Program-made: the position numbers and the translations under genes
Shown: piece by piece, positions 30,484 through 41,000 of the stretch
Numbering within the stretch: position 1 is the first letter of the stretch
Layout of the letters: every line of letters begins with the position of its first letter
Assembly: GCA_000002435.2 (NCBI GenBank)
Contig: CM018793.1
Source of the DNA: Giardia intestinalis
Lineage: Eukaryota
Reading direction: 5' to 3' (one strand)
DNA length: 64,000 nucleotides
Notes under the pieces: generated by a model
The model's input: only the letters and a program-made list of their open reading frames with translations
Database searches by the model: none
Told to the model about the DNA's origin: nothing

Positions 30484-32793
30484 CTAATCTCCGCTGTTTG
30501 CTGGTGCAAAGATGGATCTTATGCACCTTGTACAGCAGTTTGGCGGCTTCTGTGGCGTGTTCTCCTCTGTTTCAAGATACTCAAACGTTCCTGTGACCCA
30601 TTGGTTTAAATGCTCCTTGCCTTCCTCGACCTTGTAGCTCTTGCGTAAAAGACATATCATATTAGGTGTGATGTCCTGACCCATTGCTGCCCAAATAATT
30701 CTATCGAGATTACTGGCAAAAAGGATTGTCAGAACAATTATCACAATTGGAAAATAGTTTGAGAAGTCCATGCCCATGATGGGTATCGCACTCATTTGAG
30801 CCATAACTGTTCCGTACGCAGTGTCAAACTGAATGTTGAGCAAGAGCATCAGATTCCACCCCAAAGGAAATATATACGTTGGCACCCGAGCGATGATGAA
30901 CAGAAGAGACATAATGTCTGTGGAGTGCTTCACAAGACGATAGATATTGAAAAACCGAAGGTTGAGCAGGGCGCATTGAAGATATGCAACCAAAAGTCCA
31001 AAGATAGCATAGACAAGAACTAATCTGGCACTAGCAGAGCTCGTATCAGTGACATAATTGTAGAGAACCAGCAAGGGGGAATGGGCTGCAAATGCCTCTA
31101 TGGGAGACATCAGCTCAGACAGGACTAGAACGACCGAAAAGAATACAAAGATCATGGCTACCAGCATCAACAAAAGCGAGCGAAAATACTTAATGTACAA
31201 GAAACTCATCTTTCCTAAGCACCTACTCCCCAGCACCTTAGCCCAATACGGGTTAAGGTTTGGCTGACCCATCAGATCATGTAGAGTACTGCCTTTTTTA
31301 CGGCAATTAACGAGCATTTCATAATAGTTTCTCTGCACAACCAGATACTCCATTGCACCATGCTCACGCATAGCATTCCAGTACAAGAACTTCAACTTGA
31401 AGTTGGACTTTTCAACAAGCTTTAAGCCCTGGACAACAGAGGTAGTGATGGTCCTCCGTGGTCCTCCATGACAGTTACAGCTGCAGAAGGGCATGTCCAC
31501 CGTCGTGGGGCCGCTCGGAAACTTCACCAACCGCCCAGCCAACTTTACTTCTGGTGTACAGTAGTCCGAGACAGGCCTCTCTGTTGGGCTTTCTACGAGG
31601 TGCGCGTCAGTCGCGGAAGATGTGTTCTCGGCCTCTGTCTTTCCACCAAGAAACTTAGATGAAGACATCTCAATAGAATCTTCTGTGAGAGCGCTGGACC
31701 CTCGTTGCTGAGAATTGGCACTAGCCCCTGATAAGCGTGAGAACTGTGTTGATGTCCTGCATTCAACTATGGTTTTTTCTTTAACCTCATGGAACAAATT
31801 GCAAGTAGAATCTGACTTGATGTTGGAATGATGACTCCTTGGTGGGAGGGGAACGTTTTTCATTTGGCGGGTGTTGTTCTGAACACCGGAACTGGAAGAG
31901 ACCTGATCTGGAAGAACAGGGGCACTCTGATACAACTTATTGGACTCACAATTGGACGAATACAAAACCTTTGCCGAAGATGGCACTTTAGCAGAACCCC
32001 TTCCAGTAACAGTTGCTTTTTCCACCAACGCATCCAGCTTCTCGTTTGGGACCAACTGCATCGCAACAAGGCGCTGACTATAAACATACATGTGATTCGA
32101 GCGAGGAATAATGGACAGGCCCACATTTTGGTTGCTCCTCTGAAAGAGAATGCTTTTGTATATCTTGCGGATATTGCGTGCGGTCTTGAACGCATCATAG
32201 TAAACCTGATACAGCCTAAGAGTAGGAAAGGCAGCCATAATAAGTCTCCTGGGCACGTCGACGATGCCATAGGCCAGCAAGATGACTATCTGGAATGTTC
32301 CAAACGTGTTAATAAGAGATATCAATAGCGTGTAGAGGACATTCATGGTGAATTTTCTGGTAGCTATCAGCACGACAACCACAATAATTGCAGGGATGCC
32401 TATAAGCAGGTAGATGGTCAGGGTGCGAAGCATCCCATGACCCAGCCGGCCCCAGAAGTTCCAGTGGCCAGACTTGAGGAGCTGCTTATAGAGAAAGATC
32501 ACAGCCCAGTTGAAGGCCAGCCAGCCAAAGTACAGAAACTTCCAGAGGCCTACCATGGGGCCAGTGGAGAAGGCTGATGACTCAGAAGATACCATAGAAC
32601 TGGACTCAGCTATGTCCGGCGGAAAGCCAAGGAAAGCGGTCATTCCAAAAACTAGGGCGGTACCCACAATGATGTAATCTAAAAGATTGATAGTTGAAGA
32701 ATTTGGGAACAACTTAAATACTATTCCCGTATATGTTAGAGCTGCTGCAGTAAAGAAAAGAATAACAAGTATAGCCAATTCAGAATAATCCAT
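30484..32793 (-). CDS. Multi-pass membrane protein with 5 TM + long hydrophilic loop + 4 TM topology (LMBR1-like)
   Basis: 769 aa; N-terminal cluster of 5 hydrophobic helices, ~300-aa hydrophilic loop, C-terminal cluster of 4 helices. Confidence 0.4.
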   Translation of the reverse strand: MDYSELAILVILFFTAAALTYTGIVFKLFPNSSTINLLDYIIVGTALVFGMTAFLGFPPDIAESSSMVSSESSAFSTGPMVGLWKFLYFGWLAFNWAVIFLYKQLLKSGHWNFWGRLGHGMLRTLTIYLLIGIPAIIVVVVLIATRKFTMNVLYTLLISLINTFGTFQIVILLAYGIVDVPRRLIMAAFPTLRLYQVYYDAFKTARNIRKIYKSILFQRSNQNVGLSIIPRSNHMYVYSQRLVAMQLVPNEKLDALVEKATVTGRGSAKVPSSAKVLYSSNCESNKLYQSAPVLPDQVSSSSGVQNNTRQMKNVPLPPRSHHSNIKSDSTCNLFHEVKEKTIVECRTSTQFSRLSGASANSQQRGSSALTEDSIEMSSSKFLGGKTEAENTSSATDAHLVESPTERPVSDYCTPEVKLAGRLVKFPSGPTTVDMPFCSCNCHGGPRRTITTSVVQGLKLVEKSNFKLKFLYWNAMREHGAMEYLVVQRNYYEMLVNCRKKGSTLHDLMGQPNLNPYWAKVLGSRCLGKMSFLYIKYFRSLLLMLVAMIFVFFSVVLVLSELMSPIEAFAAHSPLLVLYNYVTDTSSASARLVLVYAIFGLLVAYLQCALLNLRFFNIYRLVKHSTDIMSLLFIIARVPTYIFPLGWNLMLLLNIQFDTAYGTVMAQMSAIPIMGMDFSNYFPIVIIVLTILFASNLDRIIWAAMGQDITPNMICLLRKSYKVEEGKEHLNQWVTGTFEYLETEENTPQKPPNCCTRCIRSIFAPANSGD

Positions 32794-32939
32794 GGGAATA
32801 CCGTGCCAAAATCGACAATTTGATAGACTGTGTCAACAGGATAGACAGCCAAGACCAGATGCCCAGCTTTTATTTTTAACTCCGAACTTTTTGGGCCTGA
32901 ATCAGCGTGTCGGAATGGAAGTACATGGTAGTTCAAGCG

Positions 32940-33572
32940 TTACCTAAGGAGATATTCGCCGTAGCAGCAGTCCTTTTCCTCACCGTTGTGTGAAAGGTAG
33001 ATCCACACGACAAAGTCTACTATGCCAGCAGGTTCGTGTAATGTGCTGGCTAATTGCTGAAAAGTTTTCAGAATGAACCCGCTGTCGCTATTGTGAAAGA
33101 GACGCTGAAATAACCTCTTCATGTGAACATCGGGCTTTGCGGCGGAACAAAGACCTATGTTTCTCGCCAGTTGCCAGCAAGTCGTAGGCCCGATCATAGG
33201 AAGCTTTGTCAGATCTCGGGGCTCTTTCCAAGTGCGAGAAACAAGTCGGTACTTCTCTGCTCCGGCTGGGCCCGAGAACTGCATGAAGGTTTCCCTAATG
33301 GCGGCACATTTTCTCTGGTTCCTGAACACCTCCTCGAGAGGAGTTATGACAACTCCTGTTGAAAAGTTCAAGCATGATAATATCTTCTTCGTGTATTCTG
33401 AGGCAACTCTGGCACGAAATCCACTTGCAAGGACAGTGTAGACATATTCCTCAAAAAACACCTCTGGGTCCTCCGTCAAATTAGTTTTTGTCCGCAGCCG
33501 CTCCACATCCATGCTGTGAGTCTTCTCTGCAAAGACCTTGGCGTGGGTATAGAGAGTGTGAAGGTCCTCCAT
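32940..33572 (-). CDS. HhH-GPD superfamily DNA-glycosylase-like protein; ORF extends to 33635, start assigned to the internal Met preceded by an AT-rich initiator
   Basis: Helix-hairpin-helix 'LTKLPMIGPTTCWQLARNIGL' followed by an Asp-containing 'KPDVHMKRL' segment. Confidence 0.4.
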   Translation of the reverse strand: MEDLHTLYTHAKVFAEKTHSMDVERLRTKTNLTEDPEVFFEEYVYTVLASGFRARVASEYTKKILSCLNFSTGVVITPLEEVFRNQRKCAAIRETFMQFSGPAGAEKYRLVSRTWKEPRDLTKLPMIGPTTCWQLARNIGLCSAAKPDVHMKRLFQRLFHNSDSGFILKTFQQLASTLHEPAGIVDFVVWIYLSHNGEEKDCCYGEYLLR

Positions 33573-33596
33573 TCCTACTCTAAAAAGAAATTGACA

Positions 33597-34583
33597 ATGG
33601 ACGTTATAGACAAAGCATATGAGAGCCTGACCCAAGTACGCGAGCCAGGGATGGCTGTTGATCTAGATGTTAGTGACATCCGTACTATTGTGGAGAGGGG
33701 GTGCGCCGTCCTTAATGCGCAGCCAAATGTCTTGTACATAAAATCCAACATATACATCGTAGGAGATACACACGGACAGCTCCACGATATTCTCAATTAC
33801 TTTAATGTTCTGGGCTCTCCACTGACAAAGAATTATCTGTTTTTGGGAGACGTCGTGGACAGAGGATACCAGAGTGTAGAATGCCTCCTTCTCATGCTTG
33901 TGTGCAAAATAAAGCGGCCAAATAACTTCTTTATAATCCGCGGAAACCACGAAACAACAGATCTACAGCCAAATGGCCGTGGCGCCAGTCTCAAAGAGGA
34001 GTGCGACGAACGCTATAGCGAAGAGCCAGATCTTGTGTTCAATCTGCTGATGCGGGCCATGGACTCGTTACCCCTTGTTGCAATCATCGGCCGGCGCATC
34101 CTGTGTGTGCATGGGTGTTTGGCATCAAACTTCTCTCTCGAGAAGCTCAAGGAGCAGAAGCTCCCCTTCAGCCTGAACAGCCTCACCGATGAGATGCGTG
34201 ACATCGTCACAAACCTTCTTTGGAGTGATCCTTTTGAGTATACAGACAAGCAGGACTCGTTTCCAGTCAAGAATGTGGCAAAAATAGGAGGCTCTACTAT
34301 CACTGCATATGAAAATCCTAAGAGGGGGTCCGGCGAAAAGACACCTGATGAGCTGTCTTGCAGCATTTTGGACAAGTACGGTTTTGACATATTAGTCCGG
34401 GGCCACGAGTGCTTCCATGACGGGATGAGCACCTCTGTCTCTGGGCGCGTCTTCACGGTGTTTGGGGCAACACACTATCATAAGAACGTCAAGGACATTA
34501 CAGCTTCTGCGGTTATGCAGGTCTCAAAGGACATGAAAATTAGCTTTGTTCAATTCTTTGAGGAAAATACGCGCACTTGCTAG
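33597..34583 (+). CDS. PPP-family serine/threonine protein phosphatase (calcineurin-like metallophosphatase); ORF opens at 33516, start assigned to internal ATG after 'taaaaagaaattgaca'
   Basis: 'GDTHGQ', 'LGDVVDRG', 'RGNHE', 'LLWSDP', 'VRGHE' motifs. Confidence 0.8.
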   Translation: MDVIDKAYESLTQVREPGMAVDLDVSDIRTIVERGCAVLNAQPNVLYIKSNIYIVGDTHGQLHDILNYFNVLGSPLTKNYLFLGDVVDRGYQSVECLLLMLVCKIKRPNNFFIIRGNHETTDLQPNGRGASLKEECDERYSEEPDLVFNLLMRAMDSLPLVAIIGRRILCVHGCLASNFSLEKLKEQKLPFSLNSLTDEMRDIVTNLLWSDPFEYTDKQDSFPVKNVAKIGGSTITAYENPKRGSGEKTPDELSCSILDKYGFDILVRGHECFHDGMSTSVSGRVFTVFGATHYHKNVKDITASAVMQVSKDMKISFVQFFEENTRTC

Positions 34584-34644
34584 CCTATCTAGTGCAATCT
34601 ACTGTAGTAAATATACCTTGGGATTTACTAAGGTGGCCAAATGA

Positions 34645-35349
34645 TTGAGACTGAAAATTCAAATGCTGCTTGTCTTTGATGTTGACGGCACTCTCATCGA
34701 CAACGTTCACGTCTTTGTCTCCTGCATTAACGGTATCTTGGGTAGGCACGGTTACCCTTCATTTTCTCAGGAGCACATCACGTCTGTCATAGGGTGGGGA
34801 TGCGAGCATACTATTAAGGCACTCCTTCCAGACGTAGATGAAAGCACACAACTCCAGCTGGCCAGAGAGTATCGTGAAGAGATCAAGGCCATACAATCTG
34901 AACCTCAAGAGCTCTTCAATGGCGCCTTTGATGTGATGATGCGCTTGACCAAGATTGCTCAAAGAACCAGGGATTCAAGTTGCCAGGCCCTTAAGCTGGC
35001 AATTTTATCGAACAAGGAACATGACGCAACTCTCATCGTTGCCGATAAGGCATTCTCAGCCTTCTCGTTCGATGTTATCCTTGGAGCCGAGAAATCCCGT
35101 CGGTCCAAACCGCATCCCGATGGTCTGCTCGACATCATGCAACGCTGTTGTGCCACGCCAGAAGACACGTTGATGATTGGAGACATGACGGTCGATATTC
35201 AAGCCGGAGTTGCTGCAGGCGTCAGGACGATTGCATGTACATGGGGCTTCCACGGCACGGACATCTTGGCTGCTGAGAATCCTACCTACCTCGTCAACTC
35301 ATGGCAGGAGCTTGAGGAGCTTTTACTGAGGCTTATAAACAATTCTTGA
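34645..35349 (+). CDS. HAD-superfamily hydrolase (phosphoglycolate-phosphatase-like); likely start at 34663 (MLLVFDVDGT)
   Basis: HAD motif I 'FDVDGTLID', motif IV 'IGDMTVDIQAGVAAG'. Confidence 0.65.
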   Translation: MRLKIQMLLVFDVDGTLIDNVHVFVSCINGILGRHGYPSFSQEHITSVIGWGCEHTIKALLPDVDESTQLQLAREYREEIKAIQSEPQELFNGAFDVMMRLTKIAQRTRDSSCQALKLAILSNKEHDATLIVADKAFSAFSFDVILGAEKSRRSKPHPDGLLDIMQRCCATPEDTLMIGDMTVDIQAGVAAGVRTIACTWGFHGTDILAAENPTYLVNSWQELEELLLRLINNS

Positions 35350-35354
35350 TGCAT

Positions 35355-36518
35355 TTACATAACACGAGATTGGATTGTAGGAATGTCCAGCTCACCTGCT
35401 AGATTGCTCTGAAAGAGCGTCTCCACACCGCTCTGATCAAGGTCCTGACCAAGTAAAATAGACAATTTGGTGTAAGCAGCCTCTGGAGTCATAGTGTATG
35501 CTGAAATTACACCGGCACGGCGCATGGCCCCGCCAGTCTCATAGAGACCGAGATCCACCATGCCCCAAAATGTCTGCGTAGCATCCACGATTACCAAACC
35601 TCTTGCATGAAGAGTTTCTAGAGCGGCGATAAACTCTGGATCAGAGGATGGACCGTTCCCAGATCCAAACGCTAGAAGTACCAGCCCTTTCTTTCCGACG
35701 GCTGTTGCAAGCAAGTCGTTGCCAGAAACTCCCGGATAAATGTGTACAATTCCAACAGCTGAGGAAACTGCGTCCTGCACAGTTGGCTTTTGATCACTGT
35801 CTGCCCTGCGAATCTTCTCCGTGTTGACAAAAACACTGACTCCCATGATAGCTAGTGGCGGGTAGGCTCCCGAGTCAAAAGCATTCAACTGCCAAGAGGA
35901 GTACTTCTGTGCCCTATTGCCTCTGTAGAGCTTTCCAGCAAAGAACAACCCAACCTCGGGAATGTCATACCATCCAGCTAACAGAATTGAGCCCAACAAG
36001 TTGAAGACACCGTCATTATATGTTTCAGCAAGAGGTATCTGGGATCCCGTTAGTATGACAGGCTTTGACAGGTTTGGAAGAAGAAAGGACAGCGCAGATG
36101 CTGTGTATGAAAGGGTATCAGTTCCATGGATGACTACAAATCCAGTGTAGTTGTCATATGCATCTGCAATGTCACGTGCTATCAATAGCCAGTCTTCTGG
36201 CCTCATATTGGATGAGTCCAGCAGTACATCATATTCACGTATGGTAAAGAGAGGCACGTCATCGGCCGAGAAGCATGGAAGAGAGGCAACAACTTCTTCC
36301 AGGTATCCTGGAGTTGGAACATACTCCCCAGTCTCATCCTTAGTCATTCCAATGGTTCCCCCGACATAGAGGCAAAGAACGTGGGGTCGTAATCCGACAC
36401 CTCTGTTCACATGCCAAGGGGCGTCCACTGAACCACTTGCTGTCGAAGCAGTAATAAGCTGAAGTATAAAAATGGTAACAGCAGTCAGAGAGCTCATTAT
36501 CCTTTGCACCTTCACCAC
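35355..36518 (-). CDS. L-asparaginase (bacterial type II-like) with N-terminal signal peptide
   Basis: Asparaginase signatures 'YVGGTIGM' and 'VVIHGTDTLSYTASALSFLL'; N-terminal hydrophobic 'MSSLTAVTIFILQLITASTASG'. Confidence 0.8.
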   Translation of the reverse strand: MVKVQRIMSSLTAVTIFILQLITASTASGSVDAPWHVNRGVGLRPHVLCLYVGGTIGMTKDETGEYVPTPGYLEEVVASLPCFSADDVPLFTIREYDVLLDSSNMRPEDWLLIARDIADAYDNYTGFVVIHGTDTLSYTASALSFLLPNLSKPVILTGSQIPLAETYNDGVFNLLGSILLAGWYDIPEVGLFFAGKLYRGNRAQKYSSWQLNAFDSGAYPPLAIMGVSVFVNTEKIRRADSDQKPTVQDAVSSAVGIVHIYPGVSGNDLLATAVGKKGLVLLAFGSGNGPSSDPEFIAALETLHARGLVIVDATQTFWGMVDLGLYETGGAMRRAGVISAYTMTPEAAYTKLSILLGQDLDQSGVETLFQSNLAGELDIPTIQSRVM

Positions 36519-36789
36519 CAGTCAAATTATTTCTCTAGGCAATGCTTTTATGTTAACACAGCCAAGAACAGAGTGTTTTCTATCCTAATGTCAAACACTT
36601 TCAACGAAATCCGGTACATGTCCCCATATAGGTCTTGGCGATAAGTTGTGCGCAGTAACACGTAATGATACACCACCCAATTTAGTCTCTGAGTGGCTGG
36701 GAGTCGCCAAACAAGATTGTCTAAGGCATTCTAGTAGAAGTGTTTAGAAGTCCTGCAGATCCTTTGGCATCCTGTACAAACTATTATGA

Positions 36790-37398
<609 letters not shown>

Positions 37399-37560
37399 GG
37401 GCTCATATGTTTGCAGAGCGTGTCGTTTTGTATCCTCCTGTATTAAGTTCTGGCGCCTCCTCTTGCGGGAAGAGAGTAAACGGGTTAGTTAGCCTCAGTT
37501 GCCTTCATTGCCCGTCGCTGTCGGCTAAATTGACTCCGGGGCCTTCGGTGCATAGCGCGG

Positions 37561-38022
37561 TTACTCTACAGCTACAGAAACAGAGAGCATGACCTTCGGG
37601 CCATCCACCTGGGTAATGGTCACATTGCCCAGTAGGCCAAGAGAATCTATTGCACCTGAAATGCACCCCTCAATAAATGCACAATAGAAGGTGAGTAAAT
37701 TGTCTTTTTGCATAACAAGCTTATAGCTCGCAAGAGGCAATTCTGCTCCCTCAAAGAGTGTCTCAATATCTTTAATGGTAGGATTTCCAAGGAACGTTCT
37801 GGTTTCTGGCCCAAACAGCGCTTCCCAAATAAACGCAATAAAAGAAACTTGCATCTTGGAGTCGCTGAGCTGTTGTGGAGGCAGAGTCTTGGTATATGCA
37901 CTGCCGGAGCGAAAACCAAGATTGAAGCCTAGTTGTTGCAATTTGAGTATAGCTTCAGGGCCTTTCAAGGAATTACTGTCTACTGTTCGCGTTAGGATGG
38001 AGTCTAAGAGCACGAAAATCAT
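37561..38022 (-). CDS. Bet3-family TRAPP complex subunit (TRAPPC3/5/6-like)
   Basis: Recalled Bet3-family features by eye: 'LQQLGFNLGFRSG', 'KMQVSFIAFIWEALFG', 'LLTFYCAFIEGCISGAIDSLGL'; 153 aa. Confidence 0.5.
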   Translation of the reverse strand: MIFVLLDSILTRTVDSNSLKGPEAILKLQQLGFNLGFRSGSAYTKTLPPQQLSDSKMQVSFIAFIWEALFGPETRTFLGNPTIKDIETLFEGAELPLASYKLVMQKDNLLTFYCAFIEGCISGAIDSLGLLGNVTITQVDGPKVMLSVSVAVE

Positions 38023-38075
38023 GTTCTAATTCGCAGGTGCTTTAGAAATTATCTAGCAAAAAAACACCCGAGGAC

Positions 38076-41000
38076 ATGCAATTTCTTTACCCTACTGCAA
38101 TTGTAGGGGGCACAGTTCAGTCAAACGCGCAAGTGGTCTTTCATGAGGTCGACCAGAGTGTCTTTATCTTTATGGTGACTAATTGCTACGTTTCGGTCTA
38201 CCATTACTCCACGGTTGACGAGAACCCTTCAGTCACTACTGCAGGCTTCTGTGTGCTATTGGAAACAAAGGAGTCTTGTAGAATCACAGCAATTGCTATA
38301 CAGGGTGAAACTTTATTTGCTGCCGCATCCTCTGGACTTACTAGAAACAGTGAACAAAAGGACGGCATTAATCCACTACACAGCCCTCTCAAGGAGGGGC
38401 ACTCCTCTAGCTATCTGTTTGCAGGGAGCGTTACACAATTAATGCGGCGATACACCACAGACCCTGGGACAGCTGGTATAGCCTTTCTAAGCCCATTACC
38501 GGCAGAGTTGACCCTTCGAATCAAGGAGCCAATCGTTCTTCTTAGAATTGTTGGATTAGCCACTCCAGATTCTCCCGACACTAGCATGCGACCTAGCAAT
38601 GCAGATGAGTCGCAATACAGCACCGTAATCGCCATTGTAACGCAGAGTGGGAAGTTCTACTACACTTATAATAACTCTCCAGAGATCTGTGCAGTAGCTC
38701 TGAAAGCCCCCTGCACTACCATCGTTGAGTGCCCAAGATCTACCAATATTTCGCAGCTATTTTTGGGCGGAGTGGGATATGTTGCAATGGTGAGTCCGTT
38801 TGATGGCGGGAGCGTACGGTATATCGATCTGAGCCAAATGTCAAAACAAGGAGATAGTACCCCAATTAACATCGTCTCCATCGTCAAGTATGGCCGATAC
38901 ATTTATGTCTTTTCCGATGATAGCCGCGTGCTGCAGGTTAAGCTTAGCGACGGAAAGGCTCTACGGACATTGAATCGACCTATTCATGTTTTTACAGTGC
39001 TCGGGGTAACGCAGAGCAGCGAGCTTTTCCACTGCTACGGCACTAATGGGGTCGTTCGCTTACTTACCTGTGATACTCTTAAGCTCTACCACAAGGTAAC
39101 CATTAGCTCTTTCAAGCACCTACACTACTACTCCTCTTCTTCAATTGTAGCTATGCATGTGTCCAAGTCTGGAATATGTTCTGTTTTAGAAGATAGCACG
39201 ATCGCCATTTACAAGCAAGAATCCCCCTCAGATGAGGCGCTCAAGAATCCGCGGAGCATGTTGCGATCGCGAGCAGGAGCACCCAGCAGTGGAGATGGAT
39301 GTGCCTCGGCAAACACCCACGCCCGTGATTCAAATACTCTTGTGCTAGCGAGCGTGTTCTATGGACATACTCCTTTTTCAGATAGCATATTCCTGGGAGA
39401 ATCTATCACGTACTCATATGCACAGACTCCAGGTAACCCCTGTTACCTGTCGATTCGTGGAGCAGAGTATGGGCAGGTGCACTTCTTCGATGTCTTCCCT
39501 CACTACATCAACTTCTTCTCTTTAGGTGAGCTTGTGATAGGCTTTTGCACAACAGCTGAAGCTACGCGGATAAAGCTATTGGCCAAGGCGGATCCTCTTT
39601 CCACTGTTTGCATGGTTATATATAGTATCAACGCGAGAAAGTTCATTCTCTCTTACTCCTTTAAGAAGTTTACCAAGGTGGATTTACTGACAGCAAGCTT
39701 TACTCCAGACGACAAGCTGCAGATATACTTTGTTGTTGACGGAAACATCTTCTATTTCCGGAATCTGGATGTGAAGCAATCAGCCTTTCACAATATTGTG
39801 CCTCTTTGTGCTAAGTTGCCGCACCTGAAAGCAGCGGACGCTTTTACTTCAATCATCACGCCTCAGGTGCCGAACTTCTGCTATTGCTTGACTAAAATGG
39901 GGTCTATCTACCAAGTGGCGTTTGGCACAGACATCAAGACGCATACGCGTACAATTTTCCAGCCCCCACAAGATGTCATAGATGTGTTTGGGGTACACAT
40001 AAGTCCAAATGGAAAGTATCTGCTAGTGGGTATCACCTCTATGATTGATTCCTCCCTCAAAAACTCTCCTACCGATTCCTATCTTCGGTCTGACGTCTTC
40101 ATAATTAATATAGACAGAGAGAGCACTAGAATATTGCTGAAGCAAAATATTGTTGAAACGCTGTCATTATCGGAGATACCGGAGGGTCCAAACGCATTGG
40201 CAGTCGGCTATCTCGGCCGTAACAGCGAGACTTTGCCAAGAAACGGCAAAAATACCTCCACTGGATTTGCTAATATGGTCAGTAATCAAGGGGATCTTTC
40301 AGACATGATTTATGCTGTATTCTTTAAATACAAAAGCCTTATTAGCATACGTTCTGTTATTCTCAATAAAAGAATTGCATTAGTTAATTCACTTCAACTT
40401 GACTCTTCTTTGCACAACCATCAGCTATATATTAACAATTATGGAAATCTTATCGTTTATGTAGCTAACGATAAGGCAATCGTTAAGTTTTCACCGCTGT
40501 CTGTAGCCGCGTTCCACTCATCATTGCAATTGCAGACCTCAGCCAGAAGTTCCACAGATGATGTTCCCTCATCCACTGACTTTGTATTTGGAGAGGGGAC
40601 ATACTTTGATGAGGCTGACTCCGGGATTCTACTTCCGAGGCCAATCTCTACAGAGCTCACGATAAAGCTAGAAGCAACATACACAGGTATAAACCCTGGA
40701 AAGCACGGTATAAGCGATCACATTCAGCCATCTGATAGACACTCTAATTGGGGAGCCGAATCTCTGGAATGCGCTCTTTCTGCACACAACCTTTCTACAA
40801 AAGGGAATGGACACACTGGTGATTCTCAAGAGCAGCAAGATACAATGCATAATGATTCCAAATATGCTTCCCTAAGTGAGGATTCCGACCTTTCAAACGC
40901 TGTGTTAGAGGCGTATGAGTACAATATGCAGACTGTGAACGCAAACCAAGCACCGAAGCTAACAGAAACAACCCTAGATAGTATATTTGAAAATGTAGAC

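Noticed and set aside
31828-32328. 166-aa plus-strand ORF inside the LMBR1-like gene
   Set aside because: Fully antisense to a long membrane-protein ORF with coherent TM topology. No features.
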